Source of the DNA: Octopus sinensis
Taxonomy: Eukaryota
Length of the DNA stretch: 64,000 nucleotides
Assembly: GCF_006345805.1 (NCBI RefSeq)
Contig: NC_042997.1
Coordinates: 129,828,001 to 129,892,000, forward strand
Reading direction: 5' to 3'
The notes under the pieces: model-generated
Database searches by the model: none
What the model saw: only the letters and a program-made list of their open reading frames with translations
What the model was told of the DNA's origin: nothing
Program-made: the position numbers and the translations under genes
Shown here: piece after piece, positions 26,766 through 39,510 of the stretch
How positions within the stretch are numbered: the first letter of the stretch is position 1
Layout: the number at the start of each line of letters is the position of its first letter

Positions 26766-26803
<38 letters not shown>

Positions 26804-26830
26804 GAGATAGATAGATAGATAGATAGAGAG
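26675..26830. repeat. (GATA)n/(GACA)n microsatellite
   Basis: Direct reading. Confidence 0.95.
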
Positions 26831-26879
26831 AGATCAAGCATTCTTAACAGAGCATTTCTATAGACTTTGTAACAGATGA

Positions 26880-27345
26880 TTTAGTCTTCTGTAGTAGTGG
26901 TATACAAGGCAGCAGATGATTATAGTAGTATAAATTGTAATCTTCTATAGATTTATAGTAGTGTAGTATGTAAATGTAGGTTGAATTAACCTATGGCAGC
27001 ACAAATTGTATGTCTTACAGTGTAACAATAATGCAGATCATAATCTCCTATAGATTAATAGAAGACTAGATTATAATCTATAGTATAAAAGCAGTGTTGG
27101 TTGAAGTCCTACACTATAGTGTTACAGTAGTATAGGTCACAGTATCCTGTAGTGTAACAGCAGTAAAAGCTGTATTATCCTATACTGTGGTTAGTGATAT
27201 AGCATGTAGTCTTTTATAGTGTAACAACAGTATAGTTCTTACTTTCCTGTTGATACAGTAATAGCATAGGTTACATTCTTCAATAGATTAGTAGTAGATG
27301 TACTGGTTGTAGTGTAGACTCCTATAGTGTAAATGTAGTATTATG
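26880..27345. repeat. Old degenerate ~30-35 bp tandem repeat
   Basis: Recurrent CCTATAGTGTAACAGCAGTA-like words. Confidence 0.45.
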
Positions 27346-28207
27346 GATGTGTGTTTACTTTTCATGGTAGCCATACATCTATAATATTGTAAAAACTGCA
27401 TCTCATGGCTTTCTTCAGCTAAACAGCTGCTGAATCTCTATAAGGTACAAGTGTATTCTAGTTTGGAGTTCTTCAGCTGGCAAGGAAGCCTCTATACTGT
27501 TGATTAACCTGCTAGAAATAACAACCGAATCTCCTTCAAATCTCTACACTCCTATCATCGTCATCATCACTGTCACTGTTGTAGTCATGGCCGTCGTCGT
27601 CATTTTATGTCAACTTTCCTTGTTGACATGAGTTAGAGGGGTTAACATGATTTGAATTTGTTTTGTTTTTGGTAGTACTAACCCCATCTCCAGCCAGGTT
27701 GGAAGACCATATTCTTACTAGAACACTTAAATTTTAGCATGGTTTCTACTGCTAGATATCCTTCCTAATTAACCACTTTACAGTATTCACTGAGTGCTTT
27801 TTATTGTGGTACAATGACTTGAAAGGTTGTCATATTCTCAGGGGTCCTCTCAACCCTATGCTGTCTCTTATGAAAGGAAAGCTACATTTAATATTATCTT
27901 CATCATCATCTTAGTGTCTACTTTTCCATGCTTGCATAAGTCAGATGGAGTTTATTAAGGCAGATTTTTTTACAGCCGGATACCCTTCCTGTGGCCAACT
28001 CATATTTGTTTCCAAGCAAGGTAATATTTCCCCACAGTCAGACATATTTTTGCAGAACACTGGAATTGAATGACACTGCATAAATGACAGTGACACTTAC
28101 ACACAATGTCAAGACAAGGAGACAAAACAGTTGCACTCATACTCGCATACAAGTATACACACACACACACACACGCACACATTCATATCTATCTATCTAT
28201 CTATCTA

Positions 28208-28241
<34 letters not shown>

Positions 28242-28243
<2 letters not shown>

Positions 28244-28472
28244 CAATTGCAGCGTGGAAGGTGTTTGTAAGCTATTTAAGAAACACACAAAAGACGTTCG
28301 ATTCACTTCAACATTTAAGTTTAATTTGTCAAAATATTTTCATCGCTTTAAGACCGCGACCTGTTCACTGACAAAAATCCATGGACAAATTAAACTTAAA
28401 TGTTGAAGTGAATCAAAAGGCTTTTGTGTGTTTCTTAAATGGCTTACAAACACCTTCCACGCTGCAATTGTT
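28242..28472. repeat. Foldback (~89-bp arms) within (TA)n, with an HHR variant at the centre
   Basis: AACAATTGCAGCGTGGAAGGTGTTTGTAAGC... pairs with ...GCTTACAAACACCTTCCACGCTGCAATTGTT. Confidence 0.95.
28325..28375 (-). ncRNA. HHR variant with G3-C8 core
   Basis: Minus strand reads TTTGTCA GTGAACA G GTCGC GGTCTTAAA GCGAT GAAA ATAT TT TGACAAA. Confidence 0.6.
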
Positions 28473-28730
28473 TTCGTTTCAGCACACGATCTCAGATCAA
28501 ATCACTTGCTATGCAAGTACATCTCCGTAATATATATATATATGATGATATAAATAATAAATATTAGGGAATAAATCCAAATTTACAGGGAAAAAATCAG
28601 ATTTAGGATTAAATCGATTTTATATTAAAATATTATAAAATATTATTCGAGACAAAACCACTATTTTGCAAAACAAACAAGGAAAGACTTAATTAATACA
28701 TAAAATTTTAATAAATAGTCAAAAAAACCG

Positions 28731-28773
28731 CCACTACAATCGTTTCTTGTCTTGATCGACAATCTTCAGGTGG
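28731..28773 (-). ncRNA. Canonical minimal type I hammerhead ribozyme motif
   Basis: Minus strand reads CCAC CTGAAGA TTGTC GATCAA GACAA GAAA CGATTG TA GTGG. All three stems are present, and the predicted cut is between 28735 and 28734. Confidence 0.85.
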
Positions 28774-29499
28774 ACTTCCAATCTAAAAAATCAATATTTT
28801 AAAATATAAAAATAATAATTTTAAAATAATTAAAGTATGAATGAAAAAATATAAGTATATAATCCATATATAACCTATCTATAATCCATATATAAACAAT
28901 ATATAAACAATATATAAACTAAAAAAACCTATCAACCTATATGATGATATATATATATACTGTTCAAATGTACTGAAAGCTAAAGACAGAAACAGGTGAA
29001 GAAACAACAAGCAAGTGTATTAGTTTGATGCTTGGGAAAATGGAAAAGTCTTTGATGTTTTGAACCTGAGCTCTTTAACAGAAAAGGATCAGAGGAAAAA
29101 ATGGAGGGAGATTGCAAAAAACAGGAGCTTCTTTCAATCTCCATCTACTAAATCCACTCACAAGGCTTTAGTCAACCTGGGGTTATAGTAGAAGATGCTT
29201 GCCCAAGGTGCCACTCAGTGGGACTGAACCTGAAACCATGTGGTTGGGAAGTAAACTTCTCAACCACAGAGCCATACCTACACCTCTTGTATCTGAGAAA
29301 AGACTGGATGGTCACAGCTGGAATGTCTTTGCTTGCAGATCTTCTTGATTAGGATTATGACCAATGCACTTCTCTTTCTTTTGCCTATCATGCCTGAACC
29401 CCTAAATCCCATACCCAAACCTTTTTCTTACCCAAACAGAGCTACACCATGTTTACATTCTATCTCTCTCTATGTTTTCCCTTTGGACCTCAATCAACT

Positions 29500-30906
29500 G
29501 GAATTCAAGATGAAATTCATCAGCGTGGGACAGCTGACAAATGACCTGGGCCTTTTTCCTTCTCAAACACTGTAACAACAATTTTAAAGTTCTGGACACA
29601 TAAGAGGTGCAGCAATATCAAAGGAAGGCTAACTGGGAAGATAGTTTTTGTATGTGGCAGATGCTCAGGAACAATAAACACTGAAAATGTGCAGAGAACA
29701 ACTTCCACCACATTCCAGGGAGAAAAACTAGAAGTGTTGATAGCTTCCGTTACCTAGGTGACCAAGTCAGTAGCGGGAGAGGGTGCACTGAAAGTGTAGC
29801 TGCTAGAATAAGAATAGCCTGGGCAAAGTTCAGAGATCTCTTACCTCAGCTGGTGACAAAGGGCCTCTTACTCAGAGTAAAAGGTAGACTGTATGACGCA
29901 TGTGTATGAACAGCCATGCTACATGGTAGTGAAACATGGACCTTGACTGCTGAGGACATGTGTAAGCTTGCAAGGAATGAAGCAAGTAAGCTCCGTTAGA
30001 TGTGTAATGTCAGTGTGCATACTCAACAGAGTGTAAGTATCTTGAGAGAAAATTTGGACTTAAGAAGCATGAGACGTGGTGTGCAAGAGAGACGACTGCA
30101 CTGGTATGGTCATGTGTTGCGAATTAATGAAGACAGCTGTGTGAAAAAGTGGCACACCCTAGCAGTCGAGGGAACCTGTGGAAGAGGTAGACCCAGGAAT
30201 ACCTGGGATGAGGTGGTGAAACATGACTTTCGAACATTAGTCCTCACCGAGGCAATGACTAATGACCGAGACCTTTGGAAATATGCAGTGCGTGAGAAGA
30301 CCCGGCAAGCCAAGTGAGACCATAACCCATGGCCTATGCCAGTGGTGTAATTAGCCCACTTATGCGTACCTTTCCTTCATTGGAGACTAAACTCTGCCTG
30401 CAAAGACCTGTTGAGGCAAGTGAAATCGAAATCAAATCAAATTCAATGACTGGCACCCGTGCCAGCGGAGCGCTAAGAGCACCATCCGAGCGTGATCATT
30501 GACAGAGCAGCTGACTGGCTTCCGTGCCGGTGGCACATAAAAAGCACCATTCAAGTGTAATCGTTACCTGTGACGCCTTACTGGCACCTGTGCTGGTCGC
30601 ACATGAAAAAACATTTGAATGAAGTCGTTGCCAGTGCTGCTGGACTGGCTCCTGTGCAGGTGGCACGTAAAAAACAACATTTGAGTATGGCTGTTGCCAG
30701 TACCACCTGACTGGCCCTCATGCCAGTGGCATGTAAAAGCACCCACTACACTCTCGGAGTGGTTGGCATTAGGAAGGGCATCCAGCTGTAGAAACTCTGC
30801 CAGATCAGATTGGAGCCTGGTGCAGCCATCTGGTTCGCCAGTCCTCAGTCAAATCGTCCAACCCATGCTAGCATGGAAAGCAGATGTTAAACGATGATGA
30901 TGATGA
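29500..30906 (+). mobile_element. 5'-truncated RTE-clade LINE (RT C-terminus, 3' UTR, (GAT)n tail)
   Basis: Peptides HKRCS.IKGRL, FRYLGD, VKGRLYDACV, MLHGSETW and RRLHWYGHVLR..GRGRPRNTWDEVV, with a stop at 30317. The UTR that follows is the source of the abundant short repeats. Confidence 0.9.
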
Positions 30907-31288
30907 TTTGGCATGGTATTTCATATTGTGAGTTAATTTTGTTTTTCATGGGTTTACACAATTCTCTCTCTCTCTCTCCCTCTCTCTCTCTCTCTCCCTC
31001 TCTCTCTCTCTCTCCCTCCCTCTCTCTCCCTCTAAATATACACACACATTAACATAATAACCATCCTACAGAAAAATCTAATGAGGACAAGAATTATTAT
31101 TTCACACCTTAAATGAATATTCAAATGAGTTAGGTGACATTAACCTAAATGATATATAATTTTGTACATACAAACTCTTGTTTTTGTTTTTTTGTGTATA
31201 CATCTACATGCCTATATATATGTGCATATGTGTGTGAAGGAGGCACACAGGTTTCATGCATATGTATTTGTGTCTGTGTGTATGGCAT

Positions 31289-31369
<81 letters not shown>

Positions 31370-31994
31370 CATGATTCTATGTCATTATTATCTTTCTTGT
31401 TCCTCCCTCTTTTTCTACCCCATCATCTCAATCACTCCATTTCCTGCCTCATACACTCTTTTCTTTCTCCTTCCTCACTCATCTTCTGCAATTGCTCTTT
31501 CTTCTTCCAGCTCTATTGGTCATTATGCCCTGAATGACTGGAGGCAACAGAAAGCATTGAGGATCCTGCTACTAGTGCTGGTGCTATGATACAATACACA
31601 AAGTAGATCTAGCAAAGTGGTTGACATACCAGTGGAGACACTGTAAGGACAAGAGGCTATTACCTTTTTTGTCTTGTTGAGGACATAATAACATCCCTAG
31701 TACTAATACTGTGATGAAATGCACCTGGTACTAGTTGTAAAGTAGTTAGTAAATTGATTGAGATACACAGGGTCAGGAAGAATCTTTAGTCTTGTCTGTT
31801 GAGGTCATGACAACCTATCTAACACTGGTTCTATGATAAAATGCATTCAGTACTTTAGTTAGTGCTAGGAAGGGCATCCAGCTGCAGAGACCACGCAACA
31901 ATAAAATGGGTGAGTGAAATAAATTTCCCAGACCAATCTTAGAACAATAGGTTTTAAAATACATATTAACTTTCACGATATGGATAATATAAAG

Positions 31995-32210
31995 GTGACA
32001 CGCTGGCAGAACCATTAGCACACTGGACAAAATGCTCAGTGGCATCCCTTCTGGCTTTATGTTTTGAGTTCAAATTCTGCCAAGGTCAACTTTGCCTTTC
32101 ATTCTTTCAAGCTTGATAAAATAAGTAGCACCTAAGCACTGGAGGTCAAGTGATCAACTAACCCCATCCCTGCAAAATTTTAGGCTTTGTGCCTATAGTA
32201 GAAGGAAGTA
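31995..32210 (+). mobile_element. SINE family A copy
   Basis: GAGTTCAAATTCTGCCAAGGTCAACTTTGCCTTTCATTC. Confidence 0.75.
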
Positions 32211-32376
32211 TTATTATTATCATTGTTTAGATGTGCACTTCCAAAAAGGACTGCATTTGTGTGTTTTTGTTGCTTGAAGATCCCTTGGTTTGTAACTTAC
32301 ATACCATTCAGGCATTTTAAGCAACCAATTGATGTAAGTCAAAGTGGCAACTTTATCAGTCCTGAAAACTTTATAC

Positions 32377-32461
32377 TGCTGCTGCTGCTACTACTACTAC
32401 TGCTGCTGCTGCTAACACCACTACCACCACCACCACCACCACCACCACTGCCACCACCACC

Positions 32462-32535
<74 letters not shown>

Positions 32536-32824
32536 ATCATCATTGTTTTAACATTTACTCCTCCAGGCTTCTAATCAATCAGATAAGATTTGTTGAGGTA
32601 AATTCTCTATGGTTGGTTGCTTTCCCTGTTGCTCACCTTGACAAGGAAGATTGTCTGCATTTAACATACAATGTCAAAATAAAAGAGGCACACATTCAAA
32701 CACATACAAGCTAATACTTTCCTCATATTCAATTGTGTTTTTTACATATATGCAAATATCAATGTTTGCTTGAAAGTAAAATCTTGTTCACAATTAGGCA
32801 AGAAGACACACACATATACATATG

Positions 32825-32860
<36 letters not shown>

Positions 32861-32905
32861 CCACCACCACCATCATTATCATCATCATTATCATCATCAT
32901 CATCA
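32377..32905. repeat. Trinucleotide microsatellite clusters (CTG/CTA/CCA; CAT)
   Basis: Direct reading. These explain the poly-L/P/H ORFs. Confidence 0.95.
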
Positions 32906-33649
32906 TTTTCATTTTACATTCATTTTCCATGCTGGCATGGGTGAAATAATTTGACAAAATTCAATAGAGTCCCATGTCTTGCTCCAATGTCTCATTCTGG
33001 AAGATTTCTTGGCCAGTCACTTTATAGAGTGTACTTAGTGCATTTTTAAATATCTTTTCAGAAGACCAGCACTGTAGAAGTTGCCTTGCCATGATCAAGA
33101 CTAAAGAGTCCTCACAAGCACTACATTGTCTACTCAAATCATTTACCAGTCAGTTACATAGTATACTTGGTTCATTTTTGGGGGTACTAACACTGGTAAG
33201 GTCACATTACTACTTGCAAAGTGAAACAAAGTGTACACACACACACACGCACACACACACACGCACATTTAGATTTAAACTTACAGTGTTTGTCTTTCTT
33301 TTTCTGCAATATCCCCTCACATACTTGCTTTACATCTTCTCCTCCTTCCTTTTTCTTTATTCTTCCATACTATATTTTCCTCTCACTTTCTCTCCTTCCT
33401 CTTCAAATGATTTTCTTTGGTATTCTTTGACCCTGAAAGATGAAACACACACACTTTCTCATGTTCTGCTTACATTAGCAGAACCTTAGAAACAAACCAA
33501 TGTCTCCAGAAAAAGACAAAATTTTTCTCCACTATTATCATCAAATTTAATTTTGAGGAAATTAATATTTTGTTGTACAGAAAATAAGTATATTCTACTT
33601 CATCTGATATAAATATAAAAAGAGTCATTTATATTTTTCTTCCAAGTAA

Positions 33650-34012
33650 TCTCTCTATATATAAACGGCGGCAAAATGTCTGCATGTATGTCCTTTATAC
33701 AAATCCACAATTTTTCAGTTATAGGGCTCGCACTTTCTATGGTCATTTAAAATCGTCCAAGGGTGGTCGTGCACATCTTTACATTTCCCCAGTCACCCCT
33801 CAAAGCCATTAAAAAATCAGAAGTGATTTTTGGTGAATTTTCTATCCAAAACCCAATCAAAATGCCCGAAACTTGATATGCCAATTGAATGCCAGCTAGC
33901 TGTATGTGATTGGTCGGAGATTTGGACAGTACTCGCGTGTATGTGCGCACGCACGCAGCTGTATATGCATGCACTAGCACTATGACCAGGCGTTGCTGGG
34001 TCATAGTGCTAG
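33650..34012 (+). mobile_element. Non-autonomous Helitron
   Basis: The 5' end is A|TCTCTCTATATATAAA. The 3' end has a GC-rich hairpin then CTAG|T, and there is no TSD. Confidence 0.8.
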
Positions 34013-35444
34013 TACAATATAAAATATTTATTTAGTATCATTTTCCATAGGGTGGACTCTGGTTGACTCTGCTATCTTAAATGATAGATGACAGTTCTGT
34101 GATTTCTTACTGAACAATCCACACAGATGGTTTGTTTATAGTGATCAAATGTTTGTGCTGTACATTAGCTAACTCCCTCTATCAAATCGCCATTGTCTTT
34201 TCAGGTGCACTGTGTACCACATGTCAGATGCTGAAGAGCAACATCAAATGAAGTGTTTTGTGCAAGAAAATAGTGCACTGCCTGGTCCAGGAGTCAATAT
34301 CATGATGTTATGCTCATGAGTGCAACACCCTAGCTACTAGGACACATGCCTTCCCATAACACATTTCCCATAACACAGAATATCTTTAGTGTTTCAAAAG
34401 TTTCTTTTAAAAATTTCAAGGCTCAACAAAAGAAAGGGAAAAAAACTTAGAACAAGACATAAAATGGGCTTTTCAAAATAAAAATACACTTGTTTTTGTC
34501 AAATTTTTTTTTCAGTGGATTGAGTGGGATCACTGGCTATATGAGGCTCACAAAAAGACCTGCCCTCATCAGTGAAACTGAATTCTGGAAATGCTATGTA
34601 TTGTGTTGTTCACCCATGTTATTGTGACTCACCCAACAACCCTGGCTTCTACAGACTACCCAATCGTGTTGTCCCTTTCTCTTGTCCCCTTACCCTGACA
34701 CCTGTATCATCTTTATTATCCTGCTACTGGCCCACACCCCCACTCTCTTCTGCATCTTTCTATTTCCTCCAGCTCATAGCTCATTTTGCATCCACCCTTC
34801 TGTCCTACCCCTTTTGGCAGTCTGCCTCCCCTCATTCCCCTTCTATGCAATCTTGCAAACCAGTTCTTCAACTCATACTGTGCCTTGTGGGACTGCACCT
34901 TATCACCATTTTCTATTTCTTACAGACCCTACTGTCCATTTTGTTTTTCTCTTCCCTTCTCCTGCTAGATGGGAAACAATGCAGATCCTCTTCAAGAGCC
35001 TACACTGCCACTCTCACCTCCTCATAATTCAATCCCTTTTGTCTCCTCTTGCATGAAGCTGACCCCATCTCCTCTCCATGCCACTGATGTATCCAATGTT
35101 ATCTATTTGCCCAAGGTGCTACACACTGGGACTGAAACTGAAGCCATGGAGTTGTAAAGTAAACTTGTTAACTACACAGACCTGCCTGTACACACACACA
35201 CACACACATGGTGCCATGTATAAAGCACCCATGCCAGTGCCACATATAGGGTATCTGTGCCAGTGCCATGTATAAAAGGACATCTAGTACACTCTGTAAA
35301 GTGGTTGGTGTTAGGAATGGCATCTAACCATAGAAACGAAGCCAAAACAGAATGTTGGAGCCTGGATAGCTCTTTGGATGACTAGCTCCTGTGAAATCAT
35401 CCAACAACCCATGCCTGCATGGAAAACAGGCATTAAATGAAGAA

Positions 35445-35476
<32 letters not shown>

Positions 35477-35541
35477 GTCGCCATGATAGATCGTTAGCCA
35501 CTACACACATTTTTTCTCTCTCCTTGTTTTTTTCTGTGTCC

Positions 35542-35577
35542 CTTTCTGTAGAAAAGCGTGGGCTCGAAACATAAAAG
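35542..35577 (+). ncRNA. Minimal HHR-like motif (A6U core), PLE-terminus family A (element ~35475-35670)
   Basis: CTTT CTGTAGA A AAGC GTGG GCTC GAAA CA TA AAAG, with stem I CTTT/AAAG. The element ends in (TA)n. Confidence 0.55.
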
Positions 35578-35667
35578 ACTTTTTCTATTCCTGAGCGTTA
35601 TACTAATATATCTGTTTGTTTTGTACACCACCTGTCTTCGTCTTTTGTTTTTTTCGTAAACTCTCCC

Positions 35668-35699
<32 letters not shown>

Positions 35700-36119
35700 A
35701 TATATATAAACACACATATATATATATAAACACACACACATATAATATATATATAATATATATATAATATATATATAAACACACACACATATAATGTGTA
35801 TGTATGTATCATAAATCAGTGTTTACAGTAAATATTTTGATAGAAGATTCTAGTTTGAGTGGAGTGGTAAATTTTAAAATGTATTGAAAATTAATTTTAA
35901 CTAAATATAACAAAATAAACACTTGATAAATTATAAATGGTTCTGATTTTTGGGCATTATTGATTTTTTTTTTTTTGCTGTCCTAAATTGTTTTCCATTT
36001 TATTTGGCTTTTTTGATTTCGTTATTGGAAATATTGCTGCTGGTTTTGCAATTTTTATTTCATTATTTAAACAATATTTTTGCCTGTTTTTTTTTTATTT
36101 AAAAATATTGCTACTGGAA

Positions 36120-36420
36120 TTAATTACTTGTGTGCAAAATTGTGAATGATCAGTTGACTGTTTGAAGTTAAAAGTAATTTACAATACAGTATTCCTACAA
36201 GCCATATATCAAATTATATTGGTGAAACAAAACATTTTCTCAAGAAATACAGACATCATCCTTTTCACAAAATTGTTTTAAAAAGTTACTTTTTGGTTTC
36301 AAGCAATTTAAATGAATCTTAAGTATGTGGTGAAGGTTATTTAGAAAGAATGGGTCTGAGGTATTTTAACAGTTTTTTATACCACCTTGGTATATTGGTT
36401 TCTGTTTAATATCTTTTGCA
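36120..36420 (+). mobile_element. Very decayed PLE GIY-YIG endonuclease relic
   Basis: DCLKLKVIY...SNYIGETKHF, with YIGET at 36215-36229. Confidence 0.5.
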
Positions 36421-36677
36421 ATAAAATATTTCTAACTTTTCAGTAAATGATGGAACAGTAGCTTCATATATTTCTATTATTGAAATCATCTTCATCATTA
36501 TTTAACATCTACTTTTCCATGCTTGTATGAATCAGATGGAATTTGTTGAGGCAGATATTTTATGGTAGGATACCCTTTCTGTCACCAACACTTACCTGTT
36601 TCCAAGCAATGTAATATTTCCCCATAGAAAACTGGAAACAAAGGCATTACGTGTATGATGGTGATGCTCATTTATAT

Positions 36678-36710
<33 letters not shown>

Positions 36711-37250
36711 CACTCATACACACATACCTATATATGATATATATGATGGGAATCTTTCAGTTTCCCTTTACAAACTCCACTCACAAGGCTTTAGTCAGCC
36801 TGGGGCTATAGTAGAAGACACTTGCCTTACATACCATGCAGTAGGACTGAACCTGAGACTGCATGATCGGGAAACAAACTTTTTAACCACACAGCCACAC
36901 CTGTGCCAACATACAAAGCAAAATATTGAAACATTGAAACAGAAAGAAAAACATTGACTCAGCCAGAAGTCAGTAGTTTCAACAAAAGTATACAATACCA
37001 ATGTATTGTATATGAGAAAATTCTATTGTATATGAGAAAACTCTATTGTATATGAGAAAAATAAGGAAAGCAGTATGTCTACTATACTGAAAGTACTGCT
37101 GTCTTACTTTCTGAAAATTTGAAATATTGATACATAAACTTTTTACAATTATAAATTTGGGCAAAAAAAAAAAATTCTTTGCCAATATGCTGAAAAATAG
37201 ACACTAAATCATCAAACCACATGAAATATTTTCACTTGTATTATTATACC

Positions 37251-37566
37251 GTGGAGGTACAATAGCCCAGTGGTTGGGGCAGCGGACTCGCAGTCAGAGG
37301 ATCGCGGTTTCGATTCCCAGACCAGGTGTTGTGTGTGTTTATTGAGCAAAAACACCTAAAAGCTCCACAAGGCTCCAGCAGTGGGGGGTGGCAATCCCTG
37401 TTATACTCTTTCACCATGACTTTCTCTCACTCTCTCTTCCTGTTTCTTGAGTAACGCTGCAATGGACTGGCGTCCTGTCCAGCTGGGGGGAACACATACG
37501 CCACAGAAACCGGGAAACTGGGTCTATAAGCCTGGCCAGGCTTGAAAAGGGCGATGAAAAAGAAAA
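37251..37566 (+). mobile_element. tRNA-derived SINE, family C
   Basis: Box A TAGCCCAGTGG and box B GTTTCGATTCCC, with an 11-bp TSD ATTATTATACC (37240-37250, 37567-37577). Confidence 0.85.
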
Positions 37567-37879
37567 ATTATTATACCACGTGCTGAAATGAGGAAAGCAA
37601 GCTAACAATTTTTGTTATTTTGCTTTCCTTGTTTCCTGTGGGCTGCAGATTCGTGCCAATCAGTCAAACTTTTTAAATGCATTCTAGGATGTCTGTGTGT
37701 GACTTTTTTGTTCAGTAGTATCCATTAACCGGTGGTTAATCTTATTGATGTGAGCTGTGCTGATTGAGTCTTTCATAATGATATACTAGAAATATTTATA
37801 GTACTAAGGAACAGCTTGGTTTGCTAACATTTTAAGCTAATATGAAACAGAATTTGGCTGGAAGAAATATTTGTAATTG

Positions 37880-39050
37880 ATAGCTGAACATGGAAAAATT
37901 GCTTCCCAAACCTTTCCATCAATCTCCCATGTTTTGCACAACAAGCACCACAAATAACTAGGGATTAATAAAAATAGGTCATACAAAGTTGATGTGAACC
38001 AAAACAGTGACCAAGAATATTATATTAAATTTATAAAAACATGACAGCCAAAGGTTTTCTCTTGCAATAAGTCAATGTTCTGTAATGCTTTGTATACTGA
38101 TGCCAATATTTGGAATACTTGACTGATCTATAGAGGAAATTTGTTCCATAGATATTAAAACCTGCAAGATTTTGATGTCAATTCGAAGCTTTAATAGAAA
38201 CAGTAGTATTGTTTGGCTCTATATTAGAAGATTTGTATACAACCTAAAATCATTGTCAATATCTTTTGGGTGTCATATGGTATCACTCAGACAGCATCTG
38301 CTAAACAATGGTTGCAAAAATAAATACATCAGCCAAAGACTTAAAAGCAAAGGAAACACATTCTCATGGATTGATCGTTAATTCTTCAAGAAGTATTCAT
38401 TTTCTGATGACCTTCAATGTGACTCCAGAAATGCCAGACTAGTATACCTACCTCAGCAAAAACTTGGAAGAGAAGAACTCTGAATACCACAAAAACATTA
38501 TATAAAAATATATTTCTTTTAAACTGATGATGGCTATATCAACATGAAGTATAATCTCTCTTGGAACTCATAACCATTACATCATTCTTATTTTAAAAAG
38601 TTATGCTATTGTTATCCAAGTGCAGGAGAGAGCTATGAAATACCTAAAGTATGAAAGAGACAGTGAAGCCTTTAAACCTCAAAGATGTGGCCAAAAATGT
38701 TCTGCGAAAGACATACATATGATCACAATTGTTCAAAAATATCACCAAGGCTCTACTTTACACTGTGACATGATGTTGTTGCTAAAACAATGCACAAAGC
38801 CATCTGTAGGAAAGACATCCCTGGATAAATATAGAGAGTATCCTTATTGAATGCATACATATCAACACAAAAAATATTGGTGAAACTTTCTCATCAAAAC
38901 TTCTGCCGAGTGCAAACATGACAGACCTACTGTTGTTGTTATGGACAGCAGAAAAGAAAAGTCATAAAGCATCATAGAATTTGACTTCTTTGCAGGTGTG
39001 AATATTTCTTCTAAAATCAGTGAAAAAGAAGATATTTAAGGACTGCTGCT
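37880..39050 (+). pseudogene. Decayed coding sequence of unknown family, paralogous to 46440-48260
   Basis: Peptide similarity by eye: KKYSFSDDL vs KKYSFPNDL, QVQERAMKY vs QEQEIAMKY, CDMMLLLKQCTKP vs CNMMLLLLKQYTMP. Confidence 0.55.
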
Positions 39051-39249
39051 TCATAATCTACAATACTTCTACCTATATTTTAAATTTGCATCTATATTAA
39101 GTTATTAGTGCACATGGTTATGTTAGGCTATGTTAAGAAATGCTTATGTAACAATCTCAAAATTCTTGGATTCTCAGACAAAGAATTTGTACAAAGAGCA
39201 GTAGAAATATGTGAGACATTTTAAAAGTTCAGCATATAATCCACATAAT

Positions 39250-39510
39250 TTTCATCATCTAAGTTCCAGCGATAGAACATAGGTACTAGAATATACACGC
39301 TTGATTGCACATCTCTGAACAGTTTCCAGGAGGTCAATGTCCTGAGCAAAATAGGGGTTCCAGACTGCTGATGCAAATTCCAAGTGTGGCCACACCATAG
39401 CCATATACGACTTTAAATAGATAACTGGAGAGCATCTGACAAAGATCTTACCCTTGGCCTTCTTGACAATTTTAGAGATGTGCTTTGTCCAGCGCAAATT
39501 GCAAATCGCT
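39250..39510 (-). mobile_element. CR1-clade LINE RT C-terminal fragment
   Basis: YMAMVWPHLEFASAVWNPYFAQDIDLLETVQRCAIK matches the CR1 pattern LVRPHLEYxxxVWxP...LExVQRRATK. Confidence 0.8.

Noticed and set aside
30520-30550. Resemblance of CGTGC-loop-GCAC-TAAAAA to pistol ribozyme P1
   Set aside because: The pseudoknot partner follows immediately, with no P2/P3 or GU cleavage junction.
32223-32957. Poly-Leu/Pro/His/Met ORFs
   Set aside because: Trinucleotide microsatellites.
37251-37330. tRNA gene
   Set aside because: It is a tRNA-like SINE head continuing into a SINE body with a TSD, and there is no full cloverleaf. The same applies to the other SINE heads.
38404-38435. CTGATGA...GAAA on the plus strand
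   Set aside because: There are no stems, and it lies in the decayed coding relic.
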